Shown: piece after piece, positions 1 through 11,400 of the stretch
Position numbering within the stretch: position 1 is the first letter of the stretch
Layout: every line of letters begins with the position of its first letter
Source: Laetmonice hystrix
Lineage: Eukaryota
Reading direction: 5' to 3'
DNA length: 64,000 bases
Assembly: GCA_965235115.1 (NCBI GenBank)
Contig: OZ249436.1
Span: 28,522,001-28,586,000 of the forward strand
Notes under the pieces: model-generated
The model's database searches: none
Told to the model about the DNA's origin: nothing
What the model saw: the letters and a program-made list of their open reading frames with translations, nothing else
Made by a program: the position numbers and the translations under genes

Positions 1-835
1 TTTGCATTCCTATTCAAGTACTACCGAGCCTCATACATATTTTGTTAAAACCCTTCGGATAAAATACACTCCTCTGTAAGACCTCTCGGTAGTGTTTTAC
101 TCTGGACGCAGTGGGTTCAGGATGGTCTTACTTTAATTATTCATCCAGGATATTTCGCCAGAAGGAAACAGTCTGCCCTCTCAGCTGTACGGAATAGATC
201 TGAACAAATTCCACCAAAATGAAGGCGCGTGTCTCCTGTGGTCTTCCTTAGATTGCCAGACTTGCCTTCCTTCCTCAGGCCCTCCACTGAAAGGGACGGC
301 CCGTAGGGTACCGTGTTAGGAGGATAGACCACGATAATCACTCAGATAGAAACTCTACATGTGTCACACTTCAAGTTCTTCCCATGAGGCCAACCAGGCA
401 AGTGCGAGTAGATGTCTATAATGCGTAAGGTAAAGGATGCCTAGAGAGGCATAATTACCAGAGGAGGTCTTCTGCAAGTTTTACTGCCCCACCCACACAG
501 TTAAGGCCATGGGAAAGTCTACTGTGGTTTTTGGGGCGGTAAAATCTCTGGTGTACTTGCTGTCTGCCGATGGCGAGCCAACTAAAGCTCGGACGTAATG
601 TAGTGGCGATTGACCATAGGATTATTTCTCTATAGTCAAGGCAATATCGACAGCTTTCCCGCTTATGGGAATTGGCAGGCTTGTCCGTTGAAGAAAGGCG
701 TAACTAATTGCCACTTTGTATCAGCAGAACTGTGGTAAATGGATTGTAATTTGAAGGGGGTTGTCACCCTAAGTATTACAATTATGGCGAGGCTGATGGC
801 GAGGGTGTTAACGAGGGTGGTGTTGAGTAAATTAT

Positions 836-927
836 GACAACCCTATAATGGCAGCACTGAATTGACCGTGACGTATACGTCGACAACCCTATAATGGCAG
901 CACTGAATTGACCGTGACGTATACGTC
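836..927. repeat. Perfect 46-bp tandem duplication
   Basis: gacaaccctataatggcagcactgaattgaccgtgacgtatacgtc occurs twice head-to-tail (836-881, 882-927). Confidence 0.9.
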
Positions 928-3419
928 AGGTTTCCATAACGGAATCTTGGCGTGAAATCTTAGCTGTAGATGAGATTTCTGGAAACCAGTTCCAGGACTT
1001 AATGCTGACAAAGTGATTTGTGGTTTGCCGGTATGCATATCGTTTTCTTTTGTTTTACACGTAAAGTGTACTGAGGTAATTTTCCTTTTTATAAAGTCGT
1101 CTTTCAGACCAGCAGACAGGTGCCGGTAGGCATGGAATCAATCAATAAAGTTTGCGGTAAAATTCTTTACCACGATTCGTTCATTTACAGCCTTACGTGT
1201 CGTGTACAAAGGCAAAGCCATCAGAAAAGAATGTGAAAAATATCGGCTGCTGGGGGTTCAGACTTATCATTATTCATAATTTGATATGATTAGGCTGATT
1301 ATGACTAATCCATTAGCATCAGCAGCTGCGGATTATTTTGTAGTACTAATGAATGTTTAAATAATGATATCGCCAGTGTCAAGGTACAAAGATTCCTGAG
1401 TTGTCGAATTCATTCAGAGATGGTTTAAATCCTGTCCCTAATCATACATTAATTCATTCATTAATTACCAATTATAAAGGTTGTCAGTAGTTAGGTATAC
1501 CTATAGCAACTTTTCATCCCCGCGACTGTCTACTAGAAATAGCACTTTTCTAAACGCCGAGGAAGCGCAGTCAAGTATTCGCTATTTTGTTGGGCGAATT
1601 CTTTTCTGCAATAGACCGATAAATGTTTCATAATGTATAGGCCGCGAAAAGTTAAATCATGCCCTGAAAACAAGGACATTATAAAGCGTTATGCACTGTT
1701 AGCGACCCGGTCCGATTGCTACAGCATTGTTTCTAGATACAGAAGTATGTTTAAATAAATGGCATGACGGCCAGGAGCATGGTGTATTATGCCCTCGGCT
1801 CCGCCTGGGGCATGTGATCACGACAGAACACATTTTTGGTCCCGTGCAATATCCATGAATAAGAGTGAGGACAGGAAAATATGAAGGAAAGTATGATAAG
1901 CCGTATCATTCCGATACCAGTGAGGGTAAAGATTGTAATCTCGTAAACAGACATTTGGTAATTTATTGTTACGTCCCGTGGTGTCACTCGGGGCGTTCTG
2001 ATTGCCTACATTCAAGCACTTCTGAAGGCAGGTAAATAGAACATTGCAGCGATCCGTTGATAATAAGAAAGCGTGAGGAAGATGTTTTGTGCGTGTGCGT
2101 GCTATTTGAGATTGGTCTCCTTTGAGTCTGGCTCTAATTTCAAAGTATTTCATTTGACCCTACACGGCAGTGAATGTGGCCATGCCAAATGTGATGATAT
2201 ATCTTCATTACCAACATTGAACTTTCAAAAGTTTTTTTTACTGGTTATACAATGATTGAGGTCCTTGAAAAGAACAAAGGATAAGGCTGCATGGCTCGGA
2301 CAACGCCAGGCATGGACAAGCAGTGATAGCGTGACGCGTACAGATCCTTCTGGAATCAGAGGTCATGTATGAGAGCAGGGTCTCCTGTTTGATCACTGGT
2401 GTCGGGTACGCAGTCGCGCCGCCGCCTCAGTCTGGAACCAACACTGTGATCAAGAGGACAAGGTCTGGAGTGAAGTGGGCGCCTACTCGCTGTCCCTGAA
2501 GGCACGGCTCACGGCTATCACTGCCCCTACCGTCTGATGCTAACAGCGCCCCACTGACTTCTATGGCTACCCGCGCCTGGTGGCTTGACCTGCGTGCCCC
2601 GCCGTTCTAGCCCGAGGCAGTTTAATGCAGTCTGGCTCCGATGGTGAACCTCGGAGTCTCTAGCATGAGCCGGTCCGTCATGGCTCCTGCACTGATATTT
2701 GGGTTTACATGTCAGTTATGCTGTAATCAGTGCAAATCATCATGCACCTTTTCTGATGCCGAGGTTGAGATGATTGGGGTAAAACTGGTTATTGACTTGA
2801 ACAAAATGTGAACTCTTTGGCTCAAGCTCTCTGGTTCTGGCTCTCAATGTTAGCTTGTACATCGGCGACGCTCTGAAAGCTCTGTGGTTCTGGCTCTAAA
2901 TGTTAGCTACTCTTTGCCAACTATCTGGTTGTATAAGCTTACCTCCTCTGTTTGCAGGTCCTATGGATGTGTTTGCAGTCCGAGCTAGTTTTTTTTCTGA
3001 AGCTTATTTCTTTGTTTCCTACTCTGAGCTCACTGTCTTAAGGGATGCCCCTCCTAAAGCATCAGTGATGCCATCAAAACAGTCACTGGCGAGCGCAGTG
3101 GAATTAACCGGATCAATCCAACCCCATTTCGGAAACTCTGGTGCTGCACATGTGACCGAAATTGGTTAAAAAGCAAAATGATGGGGAATGCAGCTGTATA
3201 TTTTAGGACATGCACTGCGAGCATGAGATAATGTAGGCGGATGCCCAGACGGTGTCTCACGTCATGTGACGTTACGTGATGTCATGACGTGACGTGATGA
3301 ACGGCGTTCCATTTCCCGGTATCATTTCGGAGATGGTCGTTTATTATTTAGCACCGGCAGTGAGTGACGTGTTTAAGATGACGGCCAAGTCATCATTGAA
3401 ATTGCTGTGTTCAGATGTA

Positions 3420-3992
3420 CAGGGTGTATAAAAAAAGAAAACCCAACTTTGATGGGCAATATCTCGAAAACCGCAAATAACTGGACATAATGCGATATGG
3501 TATGAAAAAGGCAAGGAAATGCCAGTTTATTGATACCTTGGTCATGAGTTCACTTGTCACAGTTTGCACAGCAACAATGCTTTCATGAAAGGTATCAGAA
3601 TTGGTGCCGTGACAAGTTAGAAGGACATGGAAAGAGCGGTTTGGGGCTTTTGGGTTAATTAAAAAAGCTAAGAAAAGTAACACTGATTGTGTTAAAAGAT
3701 TGTTCTTGATTGCCTTCTTGATACAGATTACTTACGGCCCTGGTCCCTCCACATGAGCTCCGTTTCTCTCAATGCATAGCCTACATCTTCTCTCCATGTC
3801 CCTCATGGCACGTCTGATCTTTTCAATGGCTTCGGGGATCTTGGCTCTTAAGTCATCTTGCTTGGCCAAAGGAGAATGAAGCACAAGGCCTCTTCCAAAA
3901 CTTTTTATGAAGTGTAACATAGCTTATGTAATTCACCCAGGCCATAAAATTTTTGGATCTAATGTTGGGTTTCCTTTTTTGGATACACCCTG
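3420..3992 (-). mobile_element. Internally deleted Tc1/mariner element retaining a transposase C-terminal remnant
   Basis: TIRs cagggtgtat..aaaaaa..aaacccaac / gttgggttt..tttttt..atacaccctg, flanked by TA on both sides (3418-19, 3993-94). Minus ORF 3732-3920 ends LRAKIPEAIEKIRRAMRDMERRCRLCIERNGAHVE, matching the typical Tc1/mariner C-terminal R..C...NG.HxE pattern. Confidence 0.85.
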
Positions 3993-5078
3993 TATAGCAA
4001 ACTCCTGTACGGCGTTATATGTCTATAATTGACAGCACAGGTCATCGAGCGAGATCTAGACGGTCGAGTGGCAGAAAAGTCCTGTTAGAATTATAGATGA
4101 GTTAGACCACCGTACAGTCTATCACCAGACAGGATCACCCGATTATTTATGATCTAGAGATCTTTTTTTGTAATCATGGAATGGAGAATAATAAAAACAG
4201 TTAGATCGACTACTAGAATCTTTGATGTCCTACCATGGTTTAAGCCAGAAGTTATGAGTCGGGCGGCGATTTCTGCGATGAGGTATTTCGTCATCTTTAA
4301 GAGCTAGTGTTTAGTGCACCAGAAGTTTGGAGGAAATAAGTGACTGCAGCGAAAAAACATTCCCATCAATCATGGTCAAGAAGTGGTACCCTCATTATTC
4401 GTGTTAGGTGACGATGAAATTTCCAACAGGGACCGGCCAGGTTTTATGTGTCACAAATCAGGAAAATGGGCACATCATTACGACAAGCGCGGGTTAAATG
4501 TTCAGGCCAGAGTGGGGAAATGAAACCGCAAGATTGGCAGACGCCCCTGCAGGAGATGGGCAGTGATGGACCCGGCAGACGCTGAAGTCTGAAGTCTGCA
4601 CCGGCTGGGTGCATTTTCATCATGGAGTTTGTCGGGTAGTTGCCGTTAACGAAACGCCCTAAGCTCTCAAACGTATGAAACAAAAGCAAGCAAACAACAA
4701 AATGTAGTCAGGACTGTGTTCAAAATAGTTACCCATTTCCTCGGAAACTAGATACATCTACATGGAATGATAAGTCCTAGTATATATGGCCTGGTTCATT
4801 TAACGTCTCTTTCCAATCACCTATCGTATACTAAACAGTCTCGAGGTAGTTCTTTTACGTTTTAGCTGTGCGTGCACGGATGGAACTCCCATCCCCATTG
4901 ATTTTGTGCTGAATGAAAGTACTGCAGACTACATTATCACAGTGAGAACTAATTTACATCCCCATTAACATCCCATATTACCATCTTGGGAGTGGACCTT
5001 GCCGGCTGGTGTCAGTCCACGAGAGACTAATCATTGGGGACTCGTGGGCCGCATACCGGGGCATACGGTAAAACCAGG

Positions 5079-5161
5079 AATCCATGTGTCCGAAGAGCGT
5101 ATTGCGTAGTGCGTAATCAAAACAATGAAAACACGCATTACGCACTACGCACACATGGAAT
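5079..5161. repeat. Short nested inverted repeat, probably a collapsed MITE
   Basis: 15-bp perfect arms tgcgtagtgcgtaat (5103-5117) / attacgcactacgca (5137-5151), plus outer arms tccatgtgt / acacatgga. Confidence 0.6.
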
Positions 5162-5760
5162 TACTCCAACTTGTTTTCATTGATATTGATGAGGTGAGAG
5201 CAGAAAAATCACGGTAACAATTTCTGCAAACTTACTGAACTTACTTACTTACTTATAGTCTCGGCCTATATATAGATTTACGCGATTGTAAATGTCCCAT
5301 CAGATGTGTGACTCGGTTTGGGAGGGTGGCACCCCCTCTTGCGCACATTAACAGGGATTGGGAAAGGTCTCTCCAGAGGTTTCTGTCGGCAGACCCCTAC
5401 CTGTTCATAGCAAGCAATACAATTACATTTATTCATGGGGATTCTGTATCCATTAAATTATACTGCCTTCGGGAGGCTCAACCAGTTAGTCACCCGCTAC
5501 GTGAAATTAACACATTCAAATCGTCCTAATGTAATAATGGTTTCCATTAGGCTCAGGCAGACACGAGTATGTTTTCTGTAATTTTGCAGAGCTTACCTTC
5601 AAGGTCAGATCGACGCGGCCTCCTATAGCTATTGGATCTTGGTTGTGAGCCTGTTACTGCTGAATAATAACATAGCTGTAAAAGACTCATTAGAGGCTGA
5701 GAATTTCTATACAGATGGTGCCGATGTTGATGGTTCCATTGACCTTCAGGACGACAATGC

Positions 5761-6647
5761 CTCGGAGTCAGGCCAGTGCCTACATCCTTGGTCGGGTAGT
5801 GCAGGAACTCTCGGAGTCAGGCCAGTGCCCTATACATCCTTGGTCGGGTAGTGAAGGAACTCTCGGAGTCAGGCCAGTGCCTACATCCGTGGTCGGGTAG
5901 TGCAGGAACTCTCGGAGTCAGGCCAGTGCCTACATCCTTGGTCGGGTAGTGCAGGAACTCTCGGAGTCAGGCCAGTGCCTACATCCTTGGTCGGGTAGTG
6001 AAGGAACTCTCGGAGTCAGGCCAGTGCCTACATCCTTGGTCGGGTAGTGCAGGAACTCTCGGAGTCAGGCCAGTGCCTACATCCTTGGTCGGGTAGTGAA
6101 GGAACTTTTGGAGACAGGCCAGTGCCTACATCCTTGGTCGGGTAGTGAAGGAACTCTCGGAGTCAGGCCAGTGCCTACATCCGTGGTCGGTTAGTGCAGG
6201 AACTCTCGGAGTCAGGCCAGTGCCTACATCCTTGGTCGGGTAGTGAAGGAACTCTCGGAGTCAGGCCAGTGCCTACATCCGTGGTCGGTTAGTGCAGGAA
6301 CTCTCGGAGTCAGGCCAGTGCCTACATCCTTGGTCGGGTAGTGCAGGAACTCTCGGAGTCAGGCCAGTGCCTACATCCTTGGTCGGGTAGTGCAGGAACT
6401 CTCGGAGTCAGACCAGTGCCTACATCCTTGGTCCGGTAGTGAAGGAACTCTCGGAGTCAGGCCAGTGCCTACATCCTTGGTCGGGTAGTACAGGAACTCT
6501 CGGAGTCAGGCCAGTGCCCACATCCTTGGTCGGGTAGTGCAAGAACTCTCGGAGTCAGGCCAGTGTCTACATCCTTGGTCGGGTAGTGCAGGAACTCTCG
6601 GAGTCAGGCCAGTGCCCACATCCTTGGTCGGGTAGTGCAGGAACTCG
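5761..6647. repeat. 49-bp minisatellite, ~18 near-identical copies
   Basis: Unit ctcggagtcaggccagtgcctacatccttggtcgggtagtg(c/a)aggaact repeated head-to-tail with no spacers. Confidence 0.95.
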
Positions 6648-6917
6648 GATCACCACCGAACATGACATTGCACTTTCATACCCATGCCAACATGGTGAGC
6701 GGGAGAGAAGAACCCGACATGTTTATAAATAGGAAGGTTGTGTGTCTTCGCGTCGAGTACCGGGCTATGACGTAGTGGTGACGTAGTTACGTACGAGGGA
6801 GAAGTAAATCGGATTATTGATCACGCTGTTCATTCATGGAGTCAGGATGTTTAAAAGTTTCCGGTTCCGTGTGATCTTAGATGGCACAACTTGCTGTGAA
6901 ATACTTATTTGTCGAAG

Positions 6918-7065
6918 CGTGTGCACCAACAGGCGCGAGTGGTTCTGTCAGCACCGAAATGGGTGCAAAAGCAGGCGCCAGTGGTTGTACCAGCATCGAG
7001 ATAGGTGCACCAACAGGCGCCAGTCGTTCTACCGGCAACGAAAGGGGTGCACCAACAGGCGACAA
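6918..7065 (-). repeat. Degenerate 42-bp (14-codon) repeat, ~3.5 copies, inside short open frames
   Basis: gtgcaccaacaggcg-like core recurs at about 6921, 6963, 7005 and 7047. Minus frame reads LSPVGAPLSLPVER-LAPVGAPISMLVQP-LAPAFAPISVLTEP-LAPVGA. Confidence 0.7.
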
Positions 7066-7519
7066 TGACTACACCAGCATGAGCACAAGCAGTAAAATGT
7101 AGGCAGTGATTAGGCACAAGTTGCACTGGAAAAAGATGACAGATTAATTTGTTGCCAATCAGAATAACTTTACCACAGGCTACTGCCTAAAATAAAGCTT
7201 CTTTATTTGTGTCTACAAATGGTTGAAATATGTATGCATGTATCGCTGGCCTCGGTCGAGATCTAAGGTAAATCAGCAATAAATATCGTTTAAATGACAA
7301 AGTATCTATGCTGATCTAGTATTAAGTGTTGGTGGGTGTAAGGTGTGATCGATATAAAAACTGTAAGCGAGCAGGAGAGGGTAGGGAGTCTCTTTCATTG
7401 TGTTTTAAGCTGTTATGTCGTTTGGCTATTCGTACATTTAGGAGTGCTTCCTAAGGTCGTATTAAATTTTACAAGCGCCGGCCAAAGCGCTGGCGAATGC
7501 TACCTGTTTTATTACCGAT

Positions 7520-8192
7520 GTGTCCGGGTGGGGGTTCGCTCGATAGTCGATATGACTGTTGTTGTTCGTAGTCGGTTGGTATTCCGTTAGGTTGATTAGG
7601 TTAATAGTGCGAGAGGTCTTCCCCGATATATTTCTAGAGTCTTGTGAGGGGTAAGCTATCTCTGATAGCTCGTGGCTTCGGGTGAGATGGATAACACTCC
7701 TTGACTCAGATCCAATCCTTTATTCACGAACATAATCAAAGTTGAGTAGATAATTCCTTAAAGTACATGTATGGTAGCCCAGCGATCACTCACACTCCAC
7801 ATAACACTCCACATATATACTCACTGAATGCTGTCTATTTCCACAATAACTTCTGAACACGTATAATACTCCAAAACGTCCCACTAGTCCGTGAATAGCA
7901 TCTTAACTCGCGTACAGGTTCCCAATAGGAACTCCACTGTTAACTCCCTTCACACTCTTCTTCTCTCTTCTCCCCCCCCCCCCCCCGGTGCTGTCGCGTC
8001 CCTGACTATTTATACTCGTCTGAGGAAAAATGCTCTCTTCTTACGTGCCTCTTTCTCATTGGTTTACCTCTATACCCATTTCTGGAAGTCCGGTGCTTCT
8101 ATCGTTTCTCCCCTAGAAATAGATATGTCAGTCACCGCACTTACTTCCTATCGAAAGTGTGTCCGTCGTTTCATCTGTACTCCGAGAAATAT
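7520..8192 (-). promoter_or_regulatory. LTR-like promoter module, copy 1 (points left): one ~70-bp unit, CCAAT, TATA, AATAAA, ...CCCCTCACA
   Basis: On the minus strand: one copy of the 70-bp unit (~8122-8192), CCAAT (8058-62), TATAAA (8009-14), AATAAA (7719-24) and CCCCTCACA (7643-51). Reverse-complement homologous to 13825-14830. Promoter function is inferred, not shown. Confidence 0.5.
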
Positions 8193-8199
8193 ATAAATA

Positions 8200-8447
8200 T
8201 AGGGTGTCCGAAAAGTTACTGTGCAGTGGGAAAAGGTTTAAATAAAATGTAGTTAAAAGTGAAGTTATATTTACGATAATGCCATTTCTCCTACAGCAAA
8301 TGTTGGCAATGTCCCCCAGAGGCCTGAAGACAGGTCTGCACACGATGCTGCATATTATCGAACACCTTTTGGAGGGTGGCGGGAGTGATCTGTTCAATGT
8401 AATATTTAAACCTTTTTCCACTGCACAGTAGCTTTTCGGACACCCTG
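8200..8447. mobile_element. Tc1/mariner-type MITE
   Basis: ~45-bp TIRs (t/c)agggtgtccgaaaagttactgtgcagtgggaaaaggtttaaa / tttaaacctttttccactgcacagtagcttttcggacaccctg, with TA on both flanks. Confidence 0.85.
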
Positions 8448-11400
8448 TATATCTAAATCCTACAGAGTATTTGAACTTACTGCCCTTACTTACTGAGCAA
8501 TAAATATCGCTATCCCTGTTTCTGATTAAATTGGTCATACATGTAAGTGTGAACCAACACACCGATATGAAAAATAATGTACTATAATTATGTCATCTTC
8601 CAGCGGTTCCTATTGTCAGAGATGGGTATAAACAGTTTAATCATTCTCAGACGCAGTTGTCTACCCCTGACAGGGCCTTAAGCACCCAGAGCGTTCCTTG
8701 TTTTAGTGATAGATATTTCTGATTTATACAACCAACCCTACTTGTGGCATGTTGGAAATAGCCACTTAATATGAGTCTCTCCGAGAAGTGGTAATCGGGT
8801 CGGCCGTGCCTGGCCGTACTCAGCCGTGCCATGCAGGGCAGTGCCGCACAGTATGGGGCCAGGTGATGTACGGCCAACACACCGGAGTAAATATTGCTAC
8901 AACCACCCATCCCGTCCACTGGCGGCCACTTGCAAGAGCTGTTCTCTAACAGTCCTCCAGTAGCTGATCTGCTCTGGAGGAGGTCATGGAGCATTCTCAT
9001 CATGCCTCTCCAGTCAGTCAGACAATTTGCCGAGGTCCTCTGCCGAGGTTCATTATTTGGTCTCCCCGATAGTTCGTCGCGACTGGCAGACTGGAACAAG
9101 TATACAGCTGTCAGAAATGACGGCACTAGAAGAGGAGTGCTCATCAAGAAAAGAAACTGCCCGATTATTATTCAGTGGAAGAAGTTGGAACATGTGTAGA
9201 GAAGTTAGCTTTCCTTTGTTGGTTTTCTGACTATCATTCTGAAGTAGCAGATTCCATTGTTCTCCAAGGTGCACGGCTGACTCGTGTTGTGATTATAAAA
9301 AAAATCCCTTATTTGTCATGGAGCTGGCGAATTCTTTGTGTGAAATTGTAGAAGAAGCAATAGATGGAGGTTGACGTGTCTTTCGTGTGGTTAAAACGCT
9401 TTATTCTCTAAAGATCTCATGCCGTTGAAATCTTTTCTCGGATCACGTACAGGTGTATCGGATAAACTAAAGCCGATTCTTTTTTCTATCAGACGGGCCC
9501 ACCGCGCTAGGATCTCCTGATATGGATAGCTAACGTCAAGAACGTCAAAGACATAGGTCATGCTGTCACTGTCGGAGTTCTCGTAAACTCAAAGTATAAT
9601 TCTACACATGTCTCTCTATACATGTATGTCGTTTTTAGGTATGTTAAAAGGACATTTCTTAACGATTTCTTTCCGTTTCATGTATTGAACACCCACGAGT
9701 ACTAAATGTCTACAGTAAGGAATCTGATCCACTGAAATTCATTTTGGCGAGTGTTCGCGACTGGGGTTACATTTTCTGGGGCTCGGGCGATCGCAAACCA
9801 GTCTCCAAGCTCTCGCGAAGCATAATCGCCAGTGGTGGATCAGGGGCATAAAGCTCCTGCCAAATTATATTGTCCAGTATTTTGTCCTTCTTGTCCTTTC
9901 GAAGCCCAGCAAGAGGTTAACAAAAGGGGTTCTCATGAATTCTACATTCTGTGGTAGAACTTTGAAAACTAAGTTTTATTTCAGATTCTGTTAATGTCAG
10001 CAGAGTGTCCTCTATGATGAACAATTGTCAAGTTAAAACATTAAAGGGTACGTGTCCCTGTCTTTACAGTGCCTTAGGCCGTGTTCGAAAAAAGTATAGT
10101 GTTTCTCCACAGAGAAAGCACGTTAGTCCGTGACAGCTGTGGTCTTTTATTACTTTCTTTTTCTCTACGGCTTCATTTTAGTGACTGACTTTACCAACGT
10201 GCCTCCAGGCCAAGCCGAATCTCGTGTAAAGTGAAACATTAAATTTTTTGAAGTGGACTTCATTGAGACGGGAAGAGACAGCCAAGCACGAAGCCACGTT
10301 TCCGGTGGTTTCAAGCAGGAGAGAGTTTTAATGACTGCCCCGCCTGTCCCATAGGGTAAGGCTGTTCCAAGTCTATAGGCAGAGGGGATATGTCTTGCCG
10401 CTTGAAGAGAGCTCATCGGGAAAGATGGGGATCACGTACGAGTGTCAGAGCGGACACCCTGCTGAATCCTAACGAGGTGGGATTGATTTGAAAATCTCCT
10501 GTTAATGAAACCTGACTCCGGGCGTCTATAAATGTCCTCATCTTTATTGGATGCGTCTAGAAGAGCCGCATGCCATGGTCCAAGATCGGTTAACTGCGGC
10601 GACAAGGAATTATGAGTGCTCGGCTCAAAAGGGCAAAGTCACATTTCTGATATATAGTTACATGTGCTCAGCCCATAGTGGTACAATTTACATAACTTGC
10701 GCCGCTCTTTGTGTAAACAGATTTCCATTTACAGTTTGCCTACATGCCAGCTCTAGCACATCTTTCATCTCAGCAAGTATGATAAACCATCGCTACTTCT
10801 ACATTGCTTGGGTCCTCCTGAGGGTTGAGTAGGCAATGGCTGCCATTGGTATGATAACACATTTACTACAAACAGTTGTGCCACATTTTCTCGTCTATAA
10901 ACTTCCGGGTTACCTGAAAGATGTCCTTTATTATGAGTTCAGAAATAGTTGTCAGCCGTTGTAAGTGTACATATTACTGAGGAAATAAATTGTCTACCCG
11001 TAAGGCATGACCCCCTTCGATCAGGGTGCGCACAGTGGTTGCGTTCCCCGGACCCCTGCTAATGGAAATCAGATTTGTTGAAGCACGGCAAGACGTCGGT
11101 TGTGATCCAAAGAAGGAGTCCACCTTGGGACAAGTGTTGCGTACTTATGTCGTGAAGATCATCAATAAATCAGCTCTGGCCCAAAAATAGCCCCGTCAGC
11201 CCCCACCCCCCTTGCATTCCACCTTTTTTTCCCCGTGTCATTCTGGCCCCACAATTTGATACGATTGCAGTCATATTCAGAACGATTTGGCTGCAAGATA
11301 TTGGGAGGACAAGCATGAAATGGAATCAGCATACAAGTGGCTAAGTGAGGAGATAGGCACTGACTTGAATTAGGCAGTGTCACCATGTATGTCAATGAAG

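Noticed and set aside
1140..1185. Minus-strand TNRGKEFYRK, reminiscent of the Polinton/retroviral integrase D.GKEF motif
   Set aside because: The catalytic Asp is absent and the flanking sequence shows no other integrase motifs; too short to support.
5761..6647. CRISPR-like appearance of regular arrays (also 13825, 16355, 31798, 62291)
   Set aside because: Units are head-to-tail with no unique spacers, there are no cas genes, and the context is eukaryotic.
7643..8117. Simple solo LTR
   Set aside because: No clear TG start or TSD, and homology to the second copy extends past both putative ends; kept only as an LTR-like module.
10820..10940. Possible herpes-tegument (C76-like) deubiquitinase motif (GHLS.G...C...MAAIAYS) as found in some Helitrons
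   Set aside because: It needs several frameshifts, an alternative frame reads equally protein-like, and no Rep or helicase motifs were seen nearby.
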